Source of the DNA: Gammaproteobacteria bacterium
GTDB lineage: Bacteria > Pseudomonadota > Gammaproteobacteria > Steroidobacterales > PWYM01
Reading direction: 5' to 3'
DNA: 58,734 bases
NCBI GenBank assembly: GCA_020832005.1
Contig: JAFIFN010000005.1
Span: 1 to 58,734 of the forward strand
Below the pieces are notes generated by a model. The model was not told the DNA's origin, made no database searches, and saw only the letters and a list, made by a program, of their open reading frames with translations. Both the position numbers and the translations under genes were made by a program. Positions 8,876-17,472 of the stretch are shown here, piece after piece; position 1 is the stretch's first letter, and each line of letters opens with the position of its first letter.

Positions 8876-9475
8876 ATGTTGAGAGTGATCGTTGCCATCA
8901 TCGTCGGCACTTTTGTGACCTTCAGCCTGCTGTGGGTCATGCAGTACCTCATCGTCATGGGTGTGCCGGCGCTGGGTGAAGAGCGCACGTTCCGCTTCGT
9001 CGACTTCGTACGCGTGCAGCGTGATGAGCGCACCGAGACGCGTGAAGACAGACCAGAGCCGCCGCCTGCACCGGATGCACCCCCGCCTGATCAGCCCGAT
9101 CGCGAGATGGACAACATGGACATGGCCGCGGGTGCCGGGTTTGGCGTCAGCGCCCCGACGGTGTCCCATGACATGGATATCGGTCGAGACGGGTTCTTCA
9201 GTGACGGCGAGTACATGCCCATCGTCCAGGTCGCCCCGAATTATCCGCGGCGTGCGCAGATGCGCGGGCTGGAGGGCTATGTCACGCTCGAGTTCACGGT
9301 GACACGGCAGGGCACCGTCCGGGATCCACGCGTCATTGATTCCAGTAATTCGATTTTTGATTCTGCCGCGATCGACGCGGTGATGCGTTTCCGCTACCGC
9401 CCCAGAGTCATCGACGGTGAACCCGTGGACGTGCCGGGGGTCAGATTTCGTATCACGTTCCAGCTTGAGGGTTGA
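8876..9475 (+). CDS. tonB: TonB family energy transducer
   Basis: N-terminal TM segment, a Pro-rich spacer (DRPEPPPAPDAPPPDQPD) and a C-terminal TonB domain (APNYPRRAQMRGLEGYVTLEFTVTRQGTVRDPRVIDS...FDSAAIDAVMRFRYRP). AGGAGG RBS. Confidence 0.9.
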   Translation: MLRVIVAIIVGTFVTFSLLWVMQYLIVMGVPALGEERTFRFVDFVRVQRDERTETREDRPEPPPAPDAPPPDQPDREMDNMDMAAGAGFGVSAPTVSHDMDIGRDGFFSDGEYMPIVQVAPNYPRRAQMRGLEGYVTLEFTVTRQGTVRDPRVIDSSNSIFDSAAIDAVMRFRYRPRVIDGEPVDVPGVRFRITFQLEG

Positions 9476-9517
9476 CGTCGGATGACTCGATACAGTCGCG
9501 CAAAGGAGGCCGGACCC

Positions 9518-10834
9518 ATGCAATATTCAGCGTTCTTCTGCCGCCGGAAGCGCATCTTGCACGCTGCCGTTGCGTCAGCACTTGTCGTGGTGTTCGCGGC
9601 AGGCCCCCAGTCCCTGTCGCCGGTCCCGGCAGTCCAGGCGCAGGAGGAAGAGACGCGACAGGTGCAGGCGCTGCGCGAACGGGTGTTCCAGGCTCTCGCC
9701 ACCGCTCAGGAGCGGCTGGAGGAAGACGACTACGCCGGGGCACGTCGGGCCATCGATCAGGTACGCAGCATCGCCGACCTGAACAGCTACGAGCGTGGCC
9801 AGGTGCTGTATTTCACCGGGCTGATCGACTACCAGCAGGAGAATCTCGAGGCCGCGGTACGGTCGTTCGAGCAGGTCGTGGCATTGCCGGATCTGCCCAC
9901 CGGGTTCATGAACGATACCCTGTGGACCCTGGTGCAGCTGGCCATGGCCACCGAGCAGTACCGTAAAGCGATCCAGTATGGCAATCGCTGGTTGAGCACC
10001 GCGCAGAATCCCGGCGGCGACCCGTTTTATCTGCTGGCCGTAGCGCACTACCAGATCGAGGAATACCGCCAGTCGGTGGACTTTCTGAACCGCGCCATCG
10101 AAATCGCCGAGCGCGATCGTGGCGCTCGCGAGGAATGGTTCGCATTGCTGAGGGCGGGCTATTTCCAGCTCGAAGACACCCGTCGTCTGCGTGAGGTCCT
10201 CGAGATTCTGGTGACTCGCTGGCCGAAAAAGGAGTACTGGACCCACCTGTCGGCGATCTACGGCGAGCTCAACATGGAGCGCAAGCAGGTCGCGGTTCTG
10301 GAGACGATCTACGACTCCGGACTGATGGATCGTGAGAACGAGATCGTCCAGCTTGCCCAGCTCTATATGCAGAATGGTGGACCCTTCAAGGGCGCCAAAA
10401 TCATCGAAAAGGGCATGGCAGACGGCATCGTAGAGCGTAACGAGCGCAATTACCGGCTGCTGTCGCAGGCCTGGATGATGGCGCAGGACGACCGGCGCGC
10501 GGTGCCGCCGCTGGTGGAAGCTGCAAGGCGTTCCGGCGATGGTCAGCTTTATCTTCAGCTCGCACAGTCTTATCTCAACCTCGACCAGTACCAGGAGTGT
10601 GCCGAGGCGGCGCGCTCAGGCCTCAATCGTGGTGGCCTGCGACGTCCTGATACCGCAAATGTCGTACTGGGCATGTGCCTGTTCGAAATGCAGCAGTACG
10701 AGCCGGCCAAGGAAGCGTTTCGGGCGGCCCGTGGCGACGATCGCAGCAGACGGACAGCCAACCAGTGGATTGACTTCATTGACAAGGAAGTGGCCCGCAA
10801 GCGCGACCTTGAGCGCCAGATGCAGCGCGGCTGA
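9518..10834 (+). CDS. TPR-repeat periplasmic protein (TtpD-like)
   Basis: Signal peptide MQYSAFFCRRKRILHAAVASALVVVFAAG, then repeated TPR-like helices (YYQIEEYRQSVDFLNRAIEI..., LAQSYLNLDQYQECAEAA...). Start moved to M13 (AGGAGG 7 nt upstream). Last gene of the TonB2-type order. Confidence 0.7.
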   Translation: MQYSAFFCRRKRILHAAVASALVVVFAAGPQSLSPVPAVQAQEEETRQVQALRERVFQALATAQERLEEDDYAGARRAIDQVRSIADLNSYERGQVLYFTGLIDYQQENLEAAVRSFEQVVALPDLPTGFMNDTLWTLVQLAMATEQYRKAIQYGNRWLSTAQNPGGDPFYLLAVAHYQIEEYRQSVDFLNRAIEIAERDRGAREEWFALLRAGYFQLEDTRRLREVLEILVTRWPKKEYWTHLSAIYGELNMERKQVAVLETIYDSGLMDRENEIVQLAQLYMQNGGPFKGAKIIEKGMADGIVERNERNYRLLSQAWMMAQDDRRAVPPLVEAARRSGDGQLYLQLAQSYLNLDQYQECAEAARSGLNRGGLRRPDTANVVLGMCLFEMQQYEPAKEAFRAARGDDRSRRTANQWIDFIDKEVARKRDLERQMQRG

Positions 10835-10874
10835 TTGGCAAGCTTCATCAGGCGCCGACAGTCCGATCAATGAG

Positions 10875-10902
10875 CAGGCCCGCAATGCGGGCCTGTTTTT
10901 TT
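10875..10902 (+). terminator. Rho-independent terminator
   Basis: CAGGCCCGC-AAT-GCGGGCCTG perfect 9-bp stem followed by TTTTTTT, about 40 nt after the TPR gene stop. Confidence 0.8.
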
Positions 10903-11014
10903 CGTATTGGCAGGGCCGGCGGGGCCGCCGATCTCAGATTGCAGATTGCCTGGCAGGGCGCCTGCCCATAGAATTGCCGGGTTTTTTGTTTAGCGCGACG
11001 CACATGAGGACATA

Positions 11015-11335
11015 ATGCCTAAAGTCATCTACATACAGCCGGATGGAAGCCGGCGTGAAGTTCAGGTCGAAGCCGGCCTGACGGTCATGGAAGGGGCCGT
11101 GAACAATGATGTCGATGGCATCGTCGCCGAATGTGGTGGCGCCTGCGCCTGTGCGACCTGTCATGCCTATATCGATGACGCGTGGATGGCCCGGGTGCCG
11201 ACAATGGACGATATGGAAGACTGCATGCTGGATGCGGCCTACGAGCGCAAGACATCAAGCCGTCTGACCTGCCAGATAGAGATCACCGAAGCACTCGACG
11301 GTCTCGTGGTGCACGTTGCCCAGAACGAGCATTGA
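11015..11335 (+). CDS. [2Fe-2S] ferredoxin, adrenodoxin/putidaredoxin type
   Basis: 106 aa with cysteine pattern ECGGACACATCH...(about 36 aa)...C (CX5CX2C...C) and N-terminus MPKVIYIQPDG, typical of vertebrate-type ferredoxins. Confidence 0.85.
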   Translation: MPKVIYIQPDGSRREVQVEAGLTVMEGAVNNDVDGIVAECGGACACATCHAYIDDAWMARVPTMDDMEDCMLDAAYERKTSSRLTCQIEITEALDGLVVHVAQNEH

Positions 11336-11356
11336 TGGGCAAGTGTTGCGGCTGAT

Positions 11357-12202
11357 CTACCCCCCTTGGGTCAACCAGGGTGCCACCCCCGCCCAAGCCA
11401 TGCGCAGGCCGGTAATGAACAGGAATCCGGCGAACGCATAGCGCAGTGTTCTGGCGGGGAAATGGTGAGCCAGACGCACGCCGTACGGCACGGCCAGCAA
11501 GGTTGTAGGCAGCAGGCAAGCCACGGCGAGCAGGTTGACATAGCCCAGTGACACGGGTGGCAGGTTCTGCTGCGACCAGCCGGTGATGATGAAGCCCAGG
11601 GTCCCCGGTACGGCGATCAGCAAGCCCAAGGCAGCGGAGGTGCCCACGGCACGGTGCACAGGGATGGCATAGGCCGTCATCGCGGGCACCGAGAGAGAGC
11701 CCCCACCGATCCCCATCAGTGCCGATACGGCACCAATGCTCATCGGGATCGAGGCGCCACCCGCACCCCGCGGCAGGCGCTCTCCCAGGCGAAATGTTTC
11801 CCCAAAAAAACCCAGCCAGCCAGCCATCGCCAGCACCACGGTAGCGAAGACCAGTGCCAGGGACGCGGAATCCAGTAGCGTCGCCACAGTCACGCCGATG
11901 AGCACACCCACGACGATTGCCCATCCCCAACGACGCAGGACCTCTGCGGATACCGCCCCGCGTGCATGGTGGGCCGCCGCTGAGCGGATCGAGGTTGGGA
12001 TAATGAGTGCCAGCGAGGTGCCGACCGCGATGTGCATGAGGTGGTCTTGCGGTGCCTGCGCCAACAGCATCACCTGGTAGACCGCTGGCACCACGATGAT
12101 GCCGCCGCCGATGCCGAGCAATCCGGCAAGCAAGCCTGCCAGCACCCCGGCGAACAGCAACGCAGACACGAGCCAGAGCAACTGGGTTGCGGCAAGTTCC
12201 AT
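11357..12202 (-). CDS. TauE/SafE (DUF81) family anion-export membrane protein
   Basis: 281 aa, polytopic. It has the duplicated GIGGG(I/S) motifs (LLGIGGGIIVVPA and LMGIGGGSLSVPA) characteristic of the family. Confidence 0.8.
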   Translation of the reverse strand: MELAATQLLWLVSALLFAGVLAGLLAGLLGIGGGIIVVPAVYQVMLLAQAPQDHLMHIAVGTSLALIIPTSIRSAAAHHARGAVSAEVLRRWGWAIVVGVLIGVTVATLLDSASLALVFATVVLAMAGWLGFFGETFRLGERLPRGAGGASIPMSIGAVSALMGIGGGSLSVPAMTAYAIPVHRAVGTSAALGLLIAVPGTLGFIITGWSQQNLPPVSLGYVNLLAVACLLPTTLLAVPYGVRLAHHFPARTLRYAFAGFLFITGLRMAWAGVAPWLTQGG

Positions 12203-12295
12203 GCGCGCTCCGCAAGCAAAGCGCCATTGTAGCGGCGAGTTACCGGTGACGCTGTACTACAATTTATCCATGTTCAATCCGGGAGTGGCCGATCC

Positions 12296-12958
12296 ATGTC
12301 CAACCAGAGCCTTTCGCTGACGCCAGCACTGTATGAATACATCCTGCAGGTCTCTCTTCGGGAATCTCCAGTGCTGGCGGCCTTGCGTGCGGAAACTGCA
12401 CGCATGCCACAAGCCAACATGCAGATCGCACCCGAGCAGGGACAGTTCATGCAATTGCTCGTGTCCCTTTGCGGGGCGCGACGGATCATCGAGGTGGGGG
12501 TTTTCACGGGTTACTCCAGTCTGGCCATGGCGCAGGCGCTGCCGGACGACGGCGAAATTCTGGCTTGCGATGTCAGCGAGGAATTTACTGATGTGGCGCG
12601 GCGTTACTGGCAGCGCGCGGGGGTAGACGCACGCATAGATCTGCGTATCGGACCTGCCGGCGACACGCTGGCCGCGCTGCTCGCGCAGGGGCAGTCCGCC
12701 AGCTGGGACTTCGCGTTCATCGATGCCGACAAGACAGGCTACGCGGGGTATTACGAACAGTGTCTTGAACTGCTGCGTCCTGGCGGTCTGATCGCGCTGG
12801 ACAATACCCTGTGGGGCGGTTCGGTGGTCGACGCCCAGCGCAATGATGATGACACCCGGGCGATCCGTGCCCTGAACCTGAGCTTGCTGGAAGACACGCG
12901 TATTGACCTGAGTATGGTGCCCATCGGCGACGGGCTGACGCTCGCACGCAAACGCTGA
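12296..12958 (+). CDS. class I SAM-dependent O-methyltransferase (caffeoyl-CoA OMT-like)
   Basis: RIIEVGVFTGYSSLAMAQALPDDGEILACDV (SAM motif I) and FDFAFIDADKTGY (the cation-dependent OMT block). Confidence 0.85.
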   Translation: MSNQSLSLTPALYEYILQVSLRESPVLAALRAETARMPQANMQIAPEQGQFMQLLVSLCGARRIIEVGVFTGYSSLAMAQALPDDGEILACDVSEEFTDVARRYWQRAGVDARIDLRIGPAGDTLAALLAQGQSASWDFAFIDADKTGYAGYYEQCLELLRPGGLIALDNTLWGGSVVDAQRNDDDTRAIRALNLSLLEDTRIDLSMVPIGDGLTLARKR

Positions 12959-13045
12959 ACCAGGTAGAGCGGCTGGTTTGCGTCAATGCTGGCGCGCAAG
13001 GCCGGGCGTGTGCTTGGTTGGTACGGGTGGGCGGGCGATGCGCGC

Positions 13046-13369
13046 TCAGCTGCCAGGTGGCGGATCGCCTGACGTTTCGGCGTCCTGCGCGAAGACCCGG
13101 AATATCCGCTCCAGGTAGGCTTCGCGTCTGCGCATGCGTTCGGATTCGATCTGTTCATCGGCTTCAAAGCTCTCTATCCGGGCGCGCGAGACCAGATTGT
13201 CTTTATCCAGCAGTCTTTCCAGCGTATCGATGCGCTCATACGCCACCGAAAGCTCAGCCGCAATCTCGATCACCACCGCATACAACTGGTCAACGGCTGG
13301 ATCATCGAAGAAGTGCGGTCTGCGCCCCTTCGACTGACGCGGCAGCCGGTCCCTGTCACCGTGATTCAT
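13046..13369 (-). CDS. hypothetical protein (charged, helical)
   Basis: Starts 4 nt after the stop of the upstream gene (ATG 13369 = M8 of the track ORF). I recognised no family. Its position suggests it is the last gene of the minus-strand operon that starts at 16200. Confidence 0.45.
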   Translation of the reverse strand: MNHGDRDRLPRQSKGRRPHFFDDPAVDQLYAVVIEIAAELSVAYERIDTLERLLDKDNLVSRARIESFEADEQIESERMRRREAYLERIFRVFAQDAETSGDPPPGS

Positions 13370-13373
13370 GTCT

Positions 13374-14270
13374 CTACACTGCGCGAGCAACCAGCTCGAT
13401 GAGTTCGCCGGCGACGCCTCGCACGGTCACTGCCGGGCGGCCCTGGTAAGGCACGCTGGTGCAGGTATATTGCCCGCCCAGGGCGTCGGCCAGAAACGGG
13501 GCCAGATCGGGCACTTCGAAGGTGACAATCGACATGGCCGGCGGCAGATGGCCGGGCTGGACCGTGCGGGCATGCGTCTGCGCCGGATAACGGTCGGCCT
13601 CAATAAAACTCTGCCCGTCCAGAGGCAATGCCGCAATGTCATGCAACTGCCCGGACGGCAGGCCCAGTGCGTTCGAAAGCACGCTGACCTTCACGGGCAT
13701 GGCAGGGCTGGGCGGCACCTCGAATCGCGACTCGAAATATGCCTGAAGCGCCTCGAGATCCGGGCCGCCAAGGATCACGATAAAGGTGCGGTCCACATCG
13801 CAGCGCGGCAACGGGGTATCGAACTCCGGCAGCTGCCGCTTGAACTGCGTCAGATACAGGACCTCCTGTGCCGGACCCTCGAGCTGGAGCGCGCGGATGG
13901 CATCGGTAAACGAAAGATCCTCGGGTGGGCCGATCATGCGAAAGGGCGAATCGGCCAGGCGCCGCGCCATGTCGTCCACATCCCTGACGATCAGTTCGGC
14001 GGCATTCCAACCCCAGGTGGTCAGTGCACGGTAGTCGCCGGTGCGCCCCTCGACGAAGCGGAACCAGAAATCCTCGCCGGTTTCGGGTGCCAGGAGGATC
14101 TGCCGACTGCCAGACTGGGCCGCTGCGCCCCAGCCGGAAGCAACGGCTTCAGGGACCTCGGCCGTCGCGTCGCCATCGACCCGACGATAGCCGAGCCAGC
14201 GCTGATAGGTCGCCGCCAGCACCTCAGGCGCTTCGGCAGTGATCGTGACGCAGCTAATCGGACCTAGCAT
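13374..14270 (-). CDS. two-domain VOC (glyoxalase/dioxygenase)-like protein, tentative
   Basis: 298 aa. Segments such as WNAAELIVRDVDDMARRLADSPFRMIGPP resemble the beta-alpha-beta-beta-beta glyoxalase module. The assignment is by resemblance only. Confidence 0.4.
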   Translation of the reverse strand: MLGPISCVTITAEAPEVLAATYQRWLGYRRVDGDATAEVPEAVASGWGAAAQSGSRQILLAPETGEDFWFRFVEGRTGDYRALTTWGWNAAELIVRDVDDMARRLADSPFRMIGPPEDLSFTDAIRALQLEGPAQEVLYLTQFKRQLPEFDTPLPRCDVDRTFIVILGGPDLEALQAYFESRFEVPPSPAMPVKVSVLSNALGLPSGQLHDIAALPLDGQSFIEADRYPAQTHARTVQPGHLPPAMSIVTFEVPDLAPFLADALGGQYTCTSVPYQGRPAVTVRGVAGELIELVARAV

Positions 14271-14317
14271 GCAGCATCTCTCCTGGCAGCAGACCTGCGG
14301 GTCCGCGACACGGATTG

Positions 14318-14950
14318 TCAGTTGGGCAGGGCAGCAAGATAGGCCTCGACGTCGGCCAATGACTTCACCTCGGCATACTTGGCCTGCAGGTCGAACAGGT
14401 TGGCCTCGTGAGGCCCCGGATCACGGTCGCCCACGGCCTCGCGCACGACCACGGGAATGAAGCCGTACTGCACGGCATCGACCGCGGAGGCGCGGATACA
14501 TCCCGACGTGGACAATCCGGCGATCAACAACGTATCCACGCCCAATGAAGTGAGCGTGGACGCGAGACTTGTGCCGAAAAACGCACTTGCGTACTGCTTG
14601 GTGATCACCGGCTCCGAATCCAGGGGCTCCAGCCCCTTGGCGAAAGCTCCCATCGGCGAGCCGCGCTCGAATGCCCGCAGCGCTGCCACCTTGCGAAAGA
14701 ACACACCTCCATCGACGCCGCCGGGCGTAAATGAAACGTTGGTATGCAGCACCGGGATGCCGGCATTACGCGCAGCACCCAACAGGCGGACGCAATCTGC
14801 AAGGGCGTCTTCGACGCCGGCGTAGAGTGGCGATTCCCGGTCGAGGTACGCGCGCACGAAATCGATGATGACCAGCGCCGGTTTGCTTCCGAGCGGCAGC
14901 GCGCCGCCGAAGCCGGCGGCCTGGTAGTCGGCCTGCAAGTCCTTCGCCAT
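14318..14950 (-). CDS. isochorismatase-family cysteine hydrolase (N-carbamoylsarcosine amidase-like)
   Basis: The Asp-Lys-Cys triad context is visible: ALVIIDFVRAY, ITKQYASAFFGT, IAGLSTSGCIRASAVD. Confidence 0.8.
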   Translation of the reverse strand: MAKDLQADYQAAGFGGALPLGSKPALVIIDFVRAYLDRESPLYAGVEDALADCVRLLGAARNAGIPVLHTNVSFTPGGVDGGVFFRKVAALRAFERGSPMGAFAKGLEPLDSEPVITKQYASAFFGTSLASTLTSLGVDTLLIAGLSTSGCIRASAVDAVQYGFIPVVVREAVGDRDPGPHEANLFDLQAKYAEVKSLADVEAYLAALPN

Positions 14951-14985
14951 GCTTGATACTCCTGTTCGGGCCGCAGCCCCGATGG

Positions 14986-16200
14986 CTAGATGATGCCCTG
15001 GGCGTGAAGTTCGGCCAGGCGCTTGTCGTCGAGTCCCAGCAGACCCTTGTATACCTCGTCATTATGCTGGCCCAGCTCGGGTCCTGCAGAACGTACCGTA
15101 CCGGGTGTAAGGGAAAGCTTGGGCGCCACGTTCTGCATCTTGATCTTGCCGAACTCGGGGTGCATGACCTCGACGATCGCCTTCCGCGCCTCGAAATGAG
15201 GATCGATCAGCATTTCCGGGGCACGGTAGATGCCACCGGAAGGAATGCCGTGCTCATCCATCAGAGCCACCAGTTCCTCCTGGGTGACTGTGCGGGTCCA
15301 CTCGGAGATCAGATCGTCAAGCTCCTGCTGGTGGCGGCCACGCGCCGTGTGAGTGCTGTAGCGGGGGTCTTCGGCCAGCTCGGGGCGCTTCATGGCCACC
15401 GTGAGCCGCTTGAACACCGTATCCTGGTTGGCGGCAATGAGCTGCAACTTTTCGTCCTTGGTCGGGTAGACGTTCGAGGGCGCGACATTGGGCAGGATCG
15501 AACCCTGCCGCTCACGGATATAACCCACGACATCGTATTCCGTGATCAGCGACTCCATCATGTTGAGCACGGCCTCGTAGATCGCCGAGTCGACCATCTG
15601 ACCCTTGCCGGTGCGCTCACGATAGTGCAGCGCCGACAGCGCGCCGACACAGGCGAATGTGGCTGCGAGCGAGTCACCGATACTGATGCCCATGCGGCTG
15701 GGCGGTGTGCGCGGATCGCCGCAGACATAGCGCAGGCCGCCCATGGACTCGCCGACAGCACCAAAACCGGCACGCTTGGCATAGGGACCGGTCTGGCCGA
15801 AGCCGGAGACGCGGATCATGATCAGGCGCGGGTTGATCTTGGCCAGTTCCTCATAGCCCAGCTGCCATTTCTCCATCGTGCCGGGGCGGAAATTTTCCAG
15901 CAGGAAATCGGCATCCTTGACCAGTTCCCGGACAAGTTCCTGGCCTGCCGCTTCGCGCAGATTCAGCGTGACGGACTTCTTGTTGCGGGCGATTACCGGC
16001 CACCACAGAGATTTGCCGTGTGCCTTCTCCTGTCCCCACTCGCGCATGGGATCGCCCTTGCCCGGGGGCTCGACCTTGATGACCTCGGCGCCGAAATCTC
16101 CGAGCAATTGTCCGCAGAATGGACCCGCGAGCAGTGTTCCCATTTCGATCACGCGCAGTCCCGAGAGCGGGCCGCCGGTGTTGTCCGTATTACTTCCCAT
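14986..16200 (-). CDS. family III CoA-transferase (CaiB/BaiF)
   Basis: LSGLRVIEMGTLLAGPFCGQLLGDFGAEVIKVEPPGKGDPMR is the canonical N-terminus of the family. Start moved to M42 of the track ORF (ATG 16200). Confidence 0.9.
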   Translation of the reverse strand: MGSNTDNTGGPLSGLRVIEMGTLLAGPFCGQLLGDFGAEVIKVEPPGKGDPMREWGQEKAHGKSLWWPVIARNKKSVTLNLREAAGQELVRELVKDADFLLENFRPGTMEKWQLGYEELAKINPRLIMIRVSGFGQTGPYAKRAGFGAVGESMGGLRYVCGDPRTPPSRMGISIGDSLAATFACVGALSALHYRERTGKGQMVDSAIYEAVLNMMESLITEYDVVGYIRERQGSILPNVAPSNVYPTKDEKLQLIAANQDTVFKRLTVAMKRPELAEDPRYSTHTARGRHQQELDDLISEWTRTVTQEELVALMDEHGIPSGGIYRAPEMLIDPHFEARKAIVEVMHPEFGKIKMQNVAPKLSLTPGTVRSAGPELGQHNDEVYKGLLGLDDKRLAELHAQGII

Positions 16201-16292
16201 GCGCTTGTACCTGTGTTTTTCTGGGGTTGATGGTGGACAGGTGCCCGGTTGGGCCAACCCATCCCCGCGGGTTCCGAGGCCGGAATCGGCTA

Positions 16293-16302
16293 GTGTATAC
16301 AA
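16293..16302. promoter_or_regulatory. GTGTATACAA, candidate GntR/FadR-type operator (site 1 of 3)
   Basis: 93-102 nt upstream of the CoA-transferase start, within the divergent promoter region 16201-16438. Confidence 0.45.
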
Positions 16303-16356
16303 TCGCCGTGCCAAACTGGTCAAGGCCGGACGAAGGTCGCCTGAGCCTGGTCTTGT

Positions 16357-16366
16357 TTGTATACAA
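16357..16366. promoter_or_regulatory. TTGTATACAA, candidate GntR/FadR-type operator (site 2 of 3)
   Basis: Exact palindrome, 73-82 nt upstream of the HMG-CoA-lyase-like start. Confidence 0.5.
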
Positions 16367-16380
16367 TTGGCACGCGATTA

Positions 16381-16390
16381 CAGTATACAA
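16381..16390. promoter_or_regulatory. CAGTATACAA, candidate GntR/FadR-type operator (site 3 of 3)
   Basis: 49-58 nt upstream of the HMG-CoA-lyase-like start. It shares the extended GTATACAATCG with site 1. Confidence 0.4.
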
Positions 16391-16438
16391 TCGGGAACTT
16401 GATCGCGACGGCCAGTCGCGCAGGAATGGGTAGTATTG

Positions 16439-17353
16439 ATGCAGAAAATCGAGATCGTTGAAGTTGGTCCGCGCGACGGCCTCCAGGGTGAACCCGAGGT
16501 GCTGGGCACCGCAATGAAGATCGAGTTCATCAATCGCGCGGTTGCGGCTGGAATACGCCGCCTCGAAGTCGCCAGCTTCGTGCATCCCAAGAAAGTGCCA
16601 CAGATGGCTGATGCCGAAGCGGTGCTGGCGGGTCTGCCGCGGCGCAAAGACGTCGTGTACGTCGGTCTGGTGCTCAACCGTAGGGGTTTCGATCGTGCGC
16701 TGGCCGCCGGTGTTGATGAAATCGGCATGCCCGTCGTTGCCACCGACACCTACAATCTTCGCAACCAGGGCGTGCCGACCGAGCAGTCCATCCAGGATTG
16801 GCTGGAGATCGCCGAGGCGGCCCACCAGGCAGGTATCCGCTGCAGCGTCACAATATCCTCCGCATTCGGGTGTCCTTTCGAGGGAGAAGTCCCGCTGGCG
16901 CGAGTGCTGGACATCGCAGGTCGGGTGGCTGAAGGGCGGCCCGTGGAGATCGCGCTGGCTGACAGCATCGGCGTCGGCGTGCCCTCGCAGGTGAGCGCCA
17001 TGATCGCAGCCGTCAGGCAGATGCTGCCGGACATGCCGCTGCGCTGCCACTTCCACAATACGCGCAACACCGGCCTTGCGAATGCCTATGCGGCGGTCCT
17101 TGCCGGGGTTTCGTCCCTGGATGCGAGTATCGGGGGTATCGGCGGCTGCCCGTTCGCACCGGCGGCCACCGGCAACATCCCGACCGACGACCTGGTGTAC
17201 ATGCTCAACCGATCGGGTATAAACACCGGGGTGGATCTGGCCGGGATCATAGAGACCAGTGAGTGGCTCGGCGAGACCCTCGGGCGTAGTGTTCCAGCAA
17301 TGCTACCCAAGGCGGGCAGCTTTCCCGAGATCGCCTCCGGTAAAGCGGCCTGA
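16439..17353 (+). CDS. hydroxymethylglutaryl-CoA lyase family (DRE-TIM) enzyme
   Basis: IVEVGPRDGLQ and HFHNTRNTGLANAYAAVLAGV...GGIGGCPFAP are the HMGL-like signature blocks. I prefer the ATG at 16439; the track starts at the TTG at 16436. Confidence 0.9.
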   Translation: MQKIEIVEVGPRDGLQGEPEVLGTAMKIEFINRAVAAGIRRLEVASFVHPKKVPQMADAEAVLAGLPRRKDVVYVGLVLNRRGFDRALAAGVDEIGMPVVATDTYNLRNQGVPTEQSIQDWLEIAEAAHQAGIRCSVTISSAFGCPFEGEVPLARVLDIAGRVAEGRPVEIALADSIGVGVPSQVSAMIAAVRQMLPDMPLRCHFHNTRNTGLANAYAAVLAGVSSLDASIGGIGGCPFAPAATGNIPTDDLVYMLNRSGINTGVDLAGIIETSEWLGETLGRSVPAMLPKAGSFPEIASGKAA

Positions 17354-17472
17354 CCCATAAGCAAACGAACGTTGCGTGGTGCGTCAGGCGACGCATCACA
17401 ATGCGCTGAACGAAAAACCAATTCAGGCAGGCCGCAAGGCCTGCGGCAACAACCAGCCAATCAGGTGAACAG

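Noticed and set aside
10934-10947. CAGATTG-CAGATTG 7-bp tandem repeat upstream of the ferredoxin gene
   Set aside because: Too short to distinguish from chance, and it has no partner elsewhere in the window.
14953-16230. 425-aa + strand ORF opposite the CoA-transferase gene
   Set aside because: No motifs. The minus-strand product has the canonical family III CoA-transferase N-terminus.
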